NCBI RefSeq assembly: GCF_009914755.1
Contig: NC_060947.1
Length of the DNA stretch: 64,000 bases
Reading direction: 5' to 3' (one strand)
Source: the human T2T-CHM13v2.0 reference genome, Homo sapiens
Positions 1-10,900 of this stretch are shown here, piece after piece. The notes below the pieces were generated by a model, which did no database searches, had not been told where the DNA came from, and saw only the letters and a list, made by a program, of their open reading frames with translations. The stretch's first letter is position 1. Each line of letters opens with the position of its first letter. Made by a program: the position numbers and the translations under genes.

Positions 1-256
1 AGGCATGTTCAGCTCTGTGAGTGAAACTCCATCATCACAAAGAATATTCTGAGAATGCTTCCGTTTGCCTTTTATATGAAGTTCCTTCCTGTACTACCGT
101 AGGCCTCAAAGCAGTCCAAATCTCCATTTGCAGATTCTATAAAAAGAGTGATTCCAATCTGCTCTATCAATAGGATTGTTCAACTCCATGAGTTGAATGC
201 CATCCTCACAAAGTAGTTTCTGAGAATGCTTCTATCTGGTTTTTGTGTGAAGATAT

Positions 257-273
257 TTCCTTTTCCACCACAG
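257..273 (-). promoter_or_regulatory. A-type monomer pJalpha-like box (more diverged equivalents at 86, 937, 1108, 1463)
   Basis: + strand TTCCTTTTCCACCACAG, one mismatch from the reverse complement of the pJalpha consensus CTAYGGTGRAAAAGGAA. It lies exactly 171 bp from the B-box slot at 428. Confidence 0.75.
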
Positions 274-427
274 GCCTCAAAGCCCTCCAAACGTCCACTT
301 GCAGATTCTCGAAAAAGAGTGTTTTATAGCTGCTCTTTCAAAAGGAAAGTTCAACTCTGGGAGTTGAATACAAACATCACAAAGTAGTTTCCGAGAATGC
401 TTCTGTTTAGTTTTTATGTGAGGATGA

Positions 428-444
428 TCCCGTTTCCAGTGAAA
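428..444 (-). promoter_or_regulatory. Degenerate CENP-B box slot (fixed in the HOR)
   Basis: Minus strand TTTCACTGGAAACGGGA has TTCA instead of the essential TTCG. Confidence 0.85.
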
Positions 445-598
445 TCTTCAAAGAGGTCCACATATCCCCTTGCAGATTCCAAAGAAAGAGGGTTTCAAAA
501 CTGCTCCATCAGAAGGATTGTTCAACTCTGTGAGTTGAATGCAGTCATCGCAGAAAACTTTCTGAGAATGCTTCTGTCTAGGTTTGATGTGAAGATAT

Positions 599-615
599 AG
601 ACGTTTCAAACGAAG
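599..615 (-). promoter_or_regulatory. Degenerate CENP-B box slot (fixed in the HOR)
   Basis: Minus strand CTTCGTTTGAAACGTCT has CGTC instead of the essential CGGG. Confidence 0.85.
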
Positions 616-765
616 GCTACAAAGTGGTCAAAATATACACTTGCAGATTCTACTACAAGGGTGTTGCAAACCTGAACTATCAAAGGAAGGTTCAACTCTG
701 TGAGTTGAATACAAACATCACAAAGAATGTTCTGAGTTTGCTTCCGTTCAGTTATGGGAAGTTGA

Positions 766-782
766 TCCCGTTTCCAACGAAA
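766..782 (-). promoter_or_regulatory. Intact CENP-B box (slot 1 of 4; recurs in every HOR)
   Basis: + strand TCCCGTTTCCAACGAAA = minus strand TTTCGTTGGAAACGGGA, matching NTTCGNNNNANNCGGGN. Confidence 0.95.
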
Positions 783-1276
783 TCCTCAGAGAGGTCCAAA
801 TATCCCCTCACAGATTCTACAAAACGTGTGTTTGGAAACTGCTCCATCATAACGAATGTTCAGCTCCCTGAGTTAAACTCCATCGTCACAAAGAATTTTC
901 TGAGAGTGCTACCGTCTGGTTTTTATATGAAGTTCTTTCCTTCACTACCACAGGCCTCAAAGCGGTCCAAATCTCCACTTGCAGATTCTACAAAAAGAGT
1001 GTTTGCAAACTGCTCTATCAAAAGGAATGTTCAACTCTGGGAGTTGAATGCAATCATCACAGAGCAGTTTCTGAGAATGCTTCTATGTCGTTTTTAGGAG
1101 AAGATATTTCCTTTTCCAACACAGTCCTCCAAGCCCGCTAAATAGCCACTTGCACATTGTAGAAAAAGTGTGTCAAAGCTGCGCTATCAAAGGGAAAGTT
1201 CAACTCTGTGAGGTGAATGCAAACATCCCAAAGAAGTTTCTGAGAATGCTTCCGTTTAGCTTTTAGGGGAAGATTA

Positions 1277-1293
1277 TCCCGTTTCCAACGAAA
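1277..1293 (-). promoter_or_regulatory. Intact CENP-B box (slot 2 of 4; recurs in every HOR, broken in the copy at 32111-32127)
   Basis: + strand TCCCGTTTCCAACGAAA; all 9 essential positions present. Confidence 0.95.
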
Positions 1294-1448
1294 CCTTCAA
1301 AGAGGTCCAAATATCCCCTTGCGGATCCCACAGAAAGAGTGTTTCGAAACTGCTGTTTCAAAAGGAATCTTCAACTCTGTGAGTTGAATGCAATCATCAC
1401 AAAGAAGTTTCTGACAATGCTTCTCTCTCGTCTTTCTGTGAAGATAAA

Positions 1449-1489
1449 GGAAAAGGCTTTCAGGCCTTTTCCACCACAGGCCTGAAAGC
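1449..1489. repeat. Two overlapping perfect inverted repeats within the 186-bp monomer (one per HOR)
   Basis: GGAAAAGGC (1449-1457) / GCCTTTTCC (1464-1472), 6-nt spacer. GCTTTCAGGCCT (1456-1467) / AGGCCTGAAAGC (1478-1489), 10-nt spacer. Confidence 0.92.
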
Positions 1490-1633
1490 GCTCCAAATGT
1501 CCACTTGCAGATTCTGCGAAAAGAATATTTCAAAACTGCTCTATGAAAAGCAATGTTAAACTCTGTGGCTCGAACACAAACATCACAAAGCGGTTTCTGA
1601 GAATGCTTCAGTTTAGTTTTTCTGTGGAAATAT

Positions 1634-1650
1634 TCCCGTTTCCAAAGAAA
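1634..1650 (-). promoter_or_regulatory. Degenerate CENP-B box slot (fixed in the HOR)
   Basis: Minus strand TTTCTTTGGAAACGGGA has TTCT instead of TTCG. Confidence 0.85.
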
Positions 1651-1804
1651 TCTTCAAAGAGGTCCACGTATCCACTTACAGATTCTACAAAAAGACAGTT
1701 TCAAAACTGCTCCATCAAAAGGAGGGTTCAACCGTGTGACTTGAATGCAATCATCACTCAGAAGTTTCTGAGAATGCTTCTCTTTAGTTTTTACGTGAAC
1801 ATAT

Positions 1805-1821
1805 ACCCGTTTCGAACGAAG
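1805..1821 (-). promoter_or_regulatory. Intact CENP-B box (slot 3 of 4; recurs in every HOR)
   Basis: + strand ACCCGTTTCGAACGAAG = minus strand CTTCGTTCGAAACGGGT, matching NTTCGNNNNANNCGGGN. Confidence 0.92.
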
Positions 1822-1971
1822 GCCACCCAGTGGTCCAAATATCCACTTGCAGATTATACAGAAAGAGTGTTTCGAACCTGAACTCTCAAAGGCAGGTTCA
1901 TCTCTGCGAGTTAAATGCATTCATCATGAAGAACTTTCTCAGAGTGTTTGTGTTTAGTTATGGGAAATTAT

Positions 1972-1988
1972 TCCCGTTTCCAACGAAA
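1972..1988 (-). promoter_or_regulatory. Intact CENP-B box (slot 4 of 4; recurs in every HOR, broken in the copy at 36920-36936)
   Basis: + strand TCCCGTTTCCAACGAAA; all 9 essential positions present. Confidence 0.95.
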
Positions 1989-4900
1989 TCCTCAGAGAGC
2001 TCCAAATATCCACCTGCAGATTCTACCAAAAGTGTATTTGGAAACTGCTCCATCAAAAGGCATGTTCAGCTCTGTGAGTGAAACTCCATCATCACAAAGA
2101 ATATTCTGAGAATGCTTCCGTTTGCCTTTTATATGAAGTTCCTTCCTGTACTACCGTAGGCCTCAAAGCAGTCCAAATCTCCATTTGCAGATTCTACAAA
2201 AAGAGTGATTCCAATCTGCTCTATCAATAGGATTGTTCAACTCCATGAGTTGAATGCCATCCTCACAAAGCAGTTTCTGAGAATGCTTCTATCTGGTTTT
2301 TGTGTGAAGATATTTCCTTTTCCACCACAGGCCTCAAAGCCCTCCAAACGTCCACTTGCAGATTCTCGAAAAAGAGTGTTTCATAGCTGCTCTTTCAAAA
2401 GGAAAGTTCAACTCTGGGAGTTGAATACAAACATCACAAAGTAGTTTCCGAGAATGCTTCTGTTTAGTTTTTATGTGAAGATGATCCCGTTTCCAGTGAA
2501 ATCTTCAAAGAGGTCCACATATCCCCTTGCAGATTCCAAAGAAAGAGGGTTTCAAAACTGCTCCATCAGAAGGATTGTTCAACTCTGTGAGTTGAATGCA
2601 GTCATCGCAGAAAACTTTCTGAGAATGCTTCTGTCTAGGTTTGATGTGAAGATATAGACGTTTCAAACGAAGGCTACAAAGTGGTCAAAATATACACTTG
2701 CAGATTCTACTACAAGGGTGTTGCAAACCTGAACTATCAAAGGAAGGTTCAACTCTGTGAGTTGAATACAAACATCACAAAGAATGTTCTGAGTTTGCTT
2801 CCGTTCAGTTATGGGAAGTTGATCCCGTTTCCAACGAAATCCTCAGAGAGGTCCAAATATCCCCTCACAGATTCTACAAAACGTGTGTTTGGAAACTGCT
2901 CCATCATAACGAATGTTCAGCTCCCTGAGTTAAACTCCATCGTCACAAAGAATTTTCTGAGAGTGCTACCGTCTGGTTTTTATATGAAGTTCTTTCCTTC
3001 ACTACCACAGGCCTCAAAGCGGTCCAAATCTCCACTTGCAGATTCTACAAAAAGAGTGTTTGCAAACTGCTCTATCAAAAGGAATGTTCAACTCTGGGAG
3101 TTGAATGCAATCATCACAGAGCAGTTTCTGAGAATGCTTCTATGTCGTTTTTAGAAGATATTTCCTTTTCCAACACAGTCCTCCAAGCCCGCTAAGTAGC
3201 CACTTGCACATTGTAGAAAAAGTGTGTCAAAGCTGCGCTATCAAAGGGAAAGTTCAACTCTGTGAGGTGAATGCAAACATCCCAAAGAAGTTTCTGAGAA
3301 TGCTTCCGTTTAGCTTTTAGGTGAAGATTATCCCGTTTCCAACGAAACCTTCAAAGAGGTGCAAATATCCCCTTGCGGATCCCACAGAAAGAGTGTTTCG
3401 AAACTGCTGTTTCAAAAGGAATCTTCAACTCTGTGAGTTGAATGCAATCATCACAAAGAAGTTTCTGACAATGCTTCTCTCTCGTCTTTCTGTGAAGATA
3501 AAGGAAAAGGCTTTCAGGCCTTTTCCACCACAGGCCTGAAAGCGCTCCAAATGTCCACTTGCAGATTCTGCGAAAAGAATATTTCAAAACTGCTCTATGA
3601 AAAGCAATGTTAAACTCTGTGGCTGGAACACAAACATCACAAAGCGGTTTCTGAGAATGTTTCAGTTTAGTTTTTCTGTGGAAATATTCCCGTTTCCAAA
3701 GAAATCTTCAAAGAGGTCCACGTATCCACTTACAGATTCTACAAAAAGACAGTTTCAAAACTGCTCCATCAAAAGGAGGGTTCAACTGTGTGACTTGAAT
3801 GCAATCATCACTCAGAAGTTTCTGAGAATGCTTCTCTTTAGTTTTTACGTGAACATATACCCGTTTCGAACGAAGGCCACCCAGTGGTCCAAATATCCAC
3901 TTGCAGATTCTACAGAAAGAGTGTTTCGAACCTGAACTCTCAAAGGCAGGTTCATCTCTGCAAGTTAAATGCATTCATCATGAAGAACTTTCTCAGAGTG
4001 TTTGTGTTTAGTTATGGGAAATTATTCCCGTTTCCAACGAAATCCTCAGAGAGCTCCAAATATCCACCTGCAGATTCTACCAAAAGTGTATTTGGAAACT
4101 GCTCCATCAAAAGGCATGTTCAGCTCTGTGAGTGAAACTCCATCATCACAAAGAATATTCTGAGAATGCTTCCGTTTGCCTTTTATATGAAGTTCCTTCC
4201 TGTACTACCGTAGGCCTCAAAGCAGTCCAAATCTCCATTTGCAGATTCTATAAAAAGAGTGATTCCAATCTGCTCTATCAATAGGATTGTTCAACTCCAT
4301 GAGTTGAATGCCATCCTCACAAAGTAGTTTCTGAGAATGCTTCTATCTGGTTTTTGTGTGAAGATATTTCCTTTTCCACCACAGGCCTCAAAGCCCTCCA
4401 AACGTCCACTTGCAGATTCTCGAAAAAGAGTGTTTCATAGCTGCTCTTTCAAAAGGAAAGTTCAACTCTGGGAGTTGAATGCAAACATCACAAAATAGTT
4501 TCCGAGAATGCTTCTGTTTAGTTTTTATGTGAAGATGATCCGTTTCCAGTGAAATCTTCAAAGAGGTCCACATATCCCCTTGCAGATTCCAAAGAAAGAG
4601 GGTTTCAAAACTGCTCCATCAGAAGGATTGTTCAACTCTGTGAGTTGAATGCAGTCATCGCAGAAAACTTTCTGAGAATGCTTCTGTCTAGGTTTGATGT
4701 GAAGATATAGACGTTTCAAACGAAGGCTACAAAGTGGTCAAAATATACACTTGCAGATTCTACTACAAGGGTGTTGCAAACCTGAACTATCAAAGGAAGG
4801 TTCAACTCTGTGAGTTGAATACAAACATCACAAAGAATGTTCTGAGTTTGCTTCCGTTCAGTTATGGGAAGTTGATCCCGTTTCCAACGAAATCCTCAGA

Positions 4901-7900
4901 GAGGTCCAAATATCCCCTTGCAGATTCTACAAAACGTGTGTTTGGAAACTGCTCCATCATAACGAATGTTCAGCTCCCTGAGTTAAACTCCATCGTCACA
5001 AAGAATTTTCTGAGAGTGCTACCGTCTGGTTTTTATATGAAGTTCTTTCCTTCACTACCACAGGCCTCAAAGCGGTCCAAATCTCCACTTGCAGATTCTA
5101 CAAAAAGAGTGTTTGCAAACTGCTCTATCAAAAGGAATGTTCAACTCTGGGAGTTGAATGCAATCATCACAGAGCAGTTTCTGAGAATGCTTCTATGTCG
5201 TTTTTAGGAGAAGATATTTCCTTTTCCAACACAGTCCTCCAAGCCCGCTAAATAGCCACTTGCACATTGTAGAAAAAGTGTGTCAAAGCTGCGCTATCAA
5301 AGGGAAAGTTCAACTCTGTGAGGTGAATGCAAACATCCCAAAGAAATTTCTGAGAATGCTTCCGTTTAGCTTTTAGGTGAAGATTATCCCGTTTCCAACG
5401 AAACCTTCAAAGAGGTCCAAATATCCCCTTGCGGATCCCACAGAAAGAGTGTTTCGAAACTGCTGTTTCAAAAGGAATCTTCAACTCTGTGAGTTGAATG
5501 CAATCATCACAAAGAAGTTTCTGACAATGCTTCTCTCTCGTCTTTCTGTGAAGATAAAGGAAAAGGCTTTCAGGCCTTTTCCACCACAGGCCTGAAAGCG
5601 CTCCAAATGTCCACTTGCAGATTCTGCGAAAAGAATATTTCAAAACTGCTCTATGAAAAGCAATGTTAAACTCTGTGGCTCGAACACAAACATCACAAAG
5701 CGGTTTCTGAGAATGCTTCAGTTTAGTTTTTCTGTGGAAATATTCCCGTTTCCAAAGAAATCTTCAAAGAGGTCCACGTATCCACTTACAGATTCTACAA
5801 AAAGACAGTTTCAAATCTGCTCCATCAAAAGGAGGGTTCAACCGTGTGACTTGAATGCAATCATCACTCAGAAGTTTCTGAGAATGCTTCTCTTTAGTTT
5901 TTACGTGAACATATACCCGTTTCGAACGAAGGCCACCCAGTGGTCCAAATATCCACTTGCAGATTATACAGAAAGAGTGTTTCGAACCTGAACTCTCAAA
6001 GGCAGGTTCATCTCTGCGAGTTAAATGCATTCATCATGAAGAACTTTCTCAGAGTGTTTGTGTTTAGTTATGGGAAATTATTCCCGTTTCCAACGAAATC
6101 TTCAGAGAGCTCCAAATATCCACCTGCAGATTCTACCAAAAGTGTATTTGGAAACTGCTCCATCAAAAGGCATGTTCAGCTCTGTGAGTGAAACTCCATC
6201 ATCACAAAGAATATTCTGAGAATGCTTCCGTTTGCCTTTTATATGAAGTTCCTTCCTGTACTACCGTAGGCCTCAAAGCAGTCCAAATCTCCATTTGCAG
6301 ATTCTACAAAAAGAGTGATTCCAATCTGCTCTATCAATAGGATTGTTCAACTCCATGAGTTGAATGCCATCCTCACAAAGCAGTTTCTGAGAATGCTTCT
6401 ATCTGGTTTTTGTGTGAAGATATTTCCTTTTCCACCACAGGCCTCAAAGCCCTCCAAACGTCCACTTGCAGATTCTCGAAAAAGAGTGTTTCATAGCTGC
6501 TCTTTCAAAAGGAAAGTTCAACTCTGGGAGTTGAATACAAACATCACAAAGTAGTTTCCGAGAATGCTTCTGTTTAGTTTTTATGTGAAGATGATCCCGT
6601 TTCCAGTGAAATCTTCAAAGAGGTCCACATATCCCCTTGCAGATTCCAAAGAAAGAGGGTTTCAAAACTGCTCCATCAGAAGGATTGTTCAACTCTGTGA
6701 GTTGAATGCAGTCATCGCAGAAAACTTTCTGAGAATGCTTCTGTCTAGGTTTGATGTGAAGATATAGACGTTTCAAACGAAGGCTACAAAGTGGTCAAAA
6801 TATACACTTGCAGATTCTACTACAAGGGTGTTGCAAACCTGAACTATCAAAGGAAGGTTCAACTCTGTGAGTTGAATACAAACATCACAAAGAATGTTCT
6901 GAGTTTGCTTCCGTTCAGTTATGGGAAGTTGATCCCGTTTCCAACGAAATCCTCAGAGAGGTCCAAATATCCCCTTGCAGATTCTACAAAACGTGTGTTT
7001 GGAAACTGCTCCATCATAACGAATGTTCAGCTCCCTGAGTTAAACTCCATCGTCACAAAGAATTTTCTGAGAGTGCTACCGTCTGGTTTTTATATGAAGT
7101 TCTTTCCTTCACTACCACAGGCCTCAAAGCGGTCCAAATCTCCACTTGCAGATTCTACAAAAAGAGTGTTTGCAAACTGCTCTATCAAAAGGAATGTTCA
7201 ACTCTGGGAGTTGAATGCAATCATCACAGAGCAGTTTCTGAGAATGCTTCTATGTCGTTTTTAGGAGAAGATATTTCCTTTTCCAACACAGTCCTCCAAG
7301 CCCGCTAAATAGCCACTTGCACGTTGTAGAAAAAGTGTGTCAAAGCTGCGCTATCAAAGGGAAAGTTCAACTCTGTGAGGTGAATGCAAACATCCCAAAG
7401 AAGTTTCTGAGAATGCTTCCGTTTAGCTTTTAGGTGAAGATTATCCCGTTTCCAACGAAACCTTCAAAGAGGTCCAAATATCCCCTTGCGGATCCCACAG
7501 AAAGAGTGTTTCGAAACTGCTGTTTCAAAAGGAATCTTCAACTCTGTGAGTTGAATGCAATCATCACAAAGAAGTTTCTGACAATGCTTCTCTCTCGTCT
7601 TTCTGTGAAGATAAAGGAAAAGGCTTTCAGGCCTTTGCCACCACAGGCCTGAAAGCGCTCCAAATGTCCACTTGCAGATTCTGCGAAAAGAATATTTCAA
7701 AACTGCTCTATGAAAAGCAATGTTAAACTCTGTGGCTCGAACACAAACATCACAAAGCGGTTTCTGAGAATGTTTCAGTTTAGTTTTTCTGTGGAAATAT
7801 TCCCGTTTCCAAAGAAATCTTCAAAGAGGTCCACGTATCCACTTACAGATTCTACAAAAAGACAGTTTCAAAACTGCTCCATCAAAAGGAGGGTTCAACT

Positions 7901-10900
7901 GTGTGACTTGAATGCAATCATCACTCAGAAGTTTCTGAGAATGCTTCTCTTTAGTTTTTACGTGAACATATACCCGTTTCGAACGAAGGCCACCCAGTGG
8001 TCCAAATATCCACTTGCAGATTATACAGAAAGAGTGTTTCGAACCTGAACTCTCAAAGGCAGGTTCATCTCTGCGAGTTAAATGCATTCATCATGAAGAA
8101 CTTTCTCAGAGTGTTTGTGTTTAGTTATGGGAAATTATTCCCGTTTCCAACGAAATCCTCAAAGAGCTCCAAATATCCACCTGCAGATTCTACCAAAAGT
8201 GTATTTGGAAACTGCTCCATCAAAAGGCATGTTCAGCTCTGTGAGTGAAACTCCATCATCACAAAGAATATTCTGAGAATGCTTCCGTTTGCCTTTTATA
8301 TGAAGTTCCTTCCTGTACTACCGTAGGCCTCAAAGCAGTCCAAATCTCCATTTGCAGATTCTACAAAAAGAGTGATTCCAATCTGCTCTATCAAAAGGAT
8401 TGTTCAACTCCATGAGTTGAATGCCATCCTCACAAAGCAGTTTCTGAGAATGCTTCTATCTGGTTTTTGTGTGAAGATATTTCCTTTTCCACCACAGGCC
8501 TCAAAGCCCTCCAAACGTCCACTTGCAGATTCTCGAAAAAGAGTGTTTCATAGCTGCTCTTTCAAAAGGAAAGTTCAACTCTGGGAGTTGAATACAAACA
8601 TCACAAAATAGTTTCCGAGAATGCTTCTGTTTAGTTTCTATGTGAAGATGATCCCGTTTCCAGTGAAATCTTCAAAGAGGTCCACATATCCCCTTGCAGA
8701 TTCCAAAGAAAGAGGGTTTCAAAACTGCTCCATCAGAAGGATTGTTCAACTCTGTGAGTTGAATGCAGTCATCGCAGAAAACTTTCTGAGAATGCTTCTG
8801 TCTAGGTTTGATGTGAAGATATAGACGTTTCAAACGAAGGCTACAAAGTGGTCAAAATATACACTTGCAGATTCTACTACAAGGGTGTTGCAAACCTGAA
8901 CTATCAAAGGAAGGTTCAACTCTGTGAGTTGAATACAAACATCACAAAGAATGTTCTGAGTTTGCTTCCGTTCAGTTATGGGAAGTTGATCCCGTTTCCA
9001 ACGAAATCCTCAGAGAGGTCCAAATATCCCCTCACAGATTCTACAAAACGTGTGTTTGGAAACTGCTCCATCATAACGAATGTTCAGCTCCCTGAGTTAA
9101 ACTCCATCGTCACAAAGAATTTTCTGAGAGTGCTACCGTCTGGTTTTTATATGAAGTTCTTTCCTTCACTACCACAGGCCTCAAAGCGGTCCAAATCTCC
9201 ACTTGCAGATTCTACAAAAAGAGTGTTTGCAAACTGCTCTATCAAAAGGAATGTTCAACTCTGGGAGTTGAATGCAATCATCACAGAGCAGTTTCTGAGA
9301 ATGCTTCTATGTCGTTTTTAGGAGAAGATATTTCCTTTTCCAACACAGTCCTCCAAGCCCGCTAAATAGCCACTTGCACATTGTAGAAAAAGTGTGTCGA
9401 AGCTGCGCTATCAAAGGGAAAGTTCAACTCTGTGAGGTGAATGCAAACATCCCAAAGAAGTTTCTGAGAATGCTTCCGTTTAGCTTTTAGGTGAAGATTA
9501 TCCCGTTTCCAACGAAACCTTCAAAGAGGTCCAAATATCCCCTTGCGGATCCCACAGAAAGAGTGTTTCGAAACTGCTGTTTCAAAAGGAATCTTCAACT
9601 CTGTGAGTTGAATGCAATCATCACAAAGAAGTTTCTGACAATGCTTCTCTCTCGTCTTTCTGTGAAGATAAAGGAAAAGGCTTTCAGGCCTTTTCCACCA
9701 CAGGCCTGAAAGCGCTCCAAATGTCCACTTGCAGATTCTGCGAAAAGAATATTTCAAAACTGCTCTATGAAAAGCAATGTTAAACTCTGTGGCTCGAACA
9801 CAAACATCACAAAGCGGTTTCTGAGAATGCTTCAGTTTAGTTTTTCTGTGGAAATATTCCCGTTTCCAAAGAAATCTTCAAAGAGGTCCACGTATCCACT
9901 TACAGATTCTACAAAAAGACAGTTTCAAAACTGCTCCATCAAAAGGAGGGTTCAACTGTGTGACTTGAATGCAATCATCACTCAGAAGTTTCTGAGAATG
10001 CTTCTCTTTAGTTTTTACGTGAACATATACCCGTTTCGAACGAAGGCCACCCAGTGGTCCAAATATCCACTTGCAGATTATACAGAAAGAGTGTTTCGAA
10101 CCTGAACTCTCAAAGGCAGGTTCATCTCTGCGAGTTAAATGCATTCATCATGAAGAACTTTCTCAGAGTGTTTGTGTTTAGTTATGGGAAATTATTCCCG
10201 TTTCCAACGAAATCCTCAGAGAGCTCCAAATATCCACCTGCAGATTCTACCAAAAGTGTATTTGGAAACTGCTCCATCAAAAGGCATGTTCAGCTCTGTG
10301 AGTGAAACTCCATCATCACAAAGAATATTCTGAGAATGCTTCCGTTTGCCTTTTATCTGAAGTTCCTTCCTATACGACCGTAGGCCTCAAAGCAGTCCAA
10401 ATCTCCATTTGCAGATTCTACAAAAAGAGTGATTCCAATCTGCTCTATCAATAGGATTGTTCAACTCCATGAGTTGAATGCCATCCTCACAAAGTCGTTT
10501 CTGAGAATGCTTCTATCTGGTTTTTGTGTGAAGATATTTCCTTTTCCACCACAGGCCTCAAAGCCCTCCAAACGTCCACTTGCAGATTCTCGAAAAAGAG
10601 TGTTTCATAGCTGCTCTTTCAAAAGGAAAGTTCAACTCTGGGAGTTGAATACAAACATCACAAAGTAGTTTCCGAGAATGCTTCTGTTTAGTTTTTATGT
10701 GAAGATGATCCCGTTTCCAGTGAAATCTTCAAAGAGGTCCACATATCCCCTTGCAGATTCCAAAGAAAGAGGGTTTCAAAACTGCTCCATCAGAAGGATT
10801 GTTCAACTCTGTGAGTTGAATGCAGTCATCGCAGAAAACTTTCTGAGAATGCTTCTGTCTAGGTTTGATGTGAAGATATAGACGTTTCAAACGAAGGCTA

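Larger units (their letters stand above)
86..2142 (-). repeat. Monomer organisation of one HOR: on the + strand A A B B B A A B A B B B, i.e. two SF3 pentamers plus an extra monomer pair
   Basis: Box slots at 86(A), 257(A), 428(B), 599(B), 766(B), 937(A), 1108(A), 1277(B), 1463(A), 1634(B), 1805(B), 1972(B), then 2143. Spacings 171,171,171,167,171,171,169,186,171,171,167,171 sum to 2057. Flanks pair 428/1277/1634, 599/1805 and 766/1972 as homologous monomer classes. Confidence 0.88.
1323..3376 (-). repeat. First complete BamHI-to-BamHI HOR unit (2054 bp here because of a 3-bp deletion near 3154)
   Basis: GGATCC at 1323-1328 and at 3377-3382. The site appears intact in all 31 units. Confidence 0.93.

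Noticed and set aside
624-1097. 157-aa ORF open in all 31 units, plus the 61-112 aa ORFs on both strands
   Set aside because: These are translations of alpha satellite. The 171-bp monomer is a multiple of 3, so peptide motifs (YPLADSTKRVF, VQLCELN, FLRML) recur. Many start at GTG/TTG, and persistence simply reflects the near-identity of units. No recognisable domain.
1449-1489. Hairpin as a Rho-independent terminator or transposon end
   Set aside because: The context is eukaryotic satellite, with no upstream gene, no following U-tract and no target-site duplication. It is kept only as a structural finding.
1915-1930. Short palindromes (ATGCAT, TCATGA, TTCGAA, AGGCCT, GAATATTC)
   Set aside because: 6-8 bp palindromes are expected by chance in 2 kb; their recurrence is only HOR repetition.
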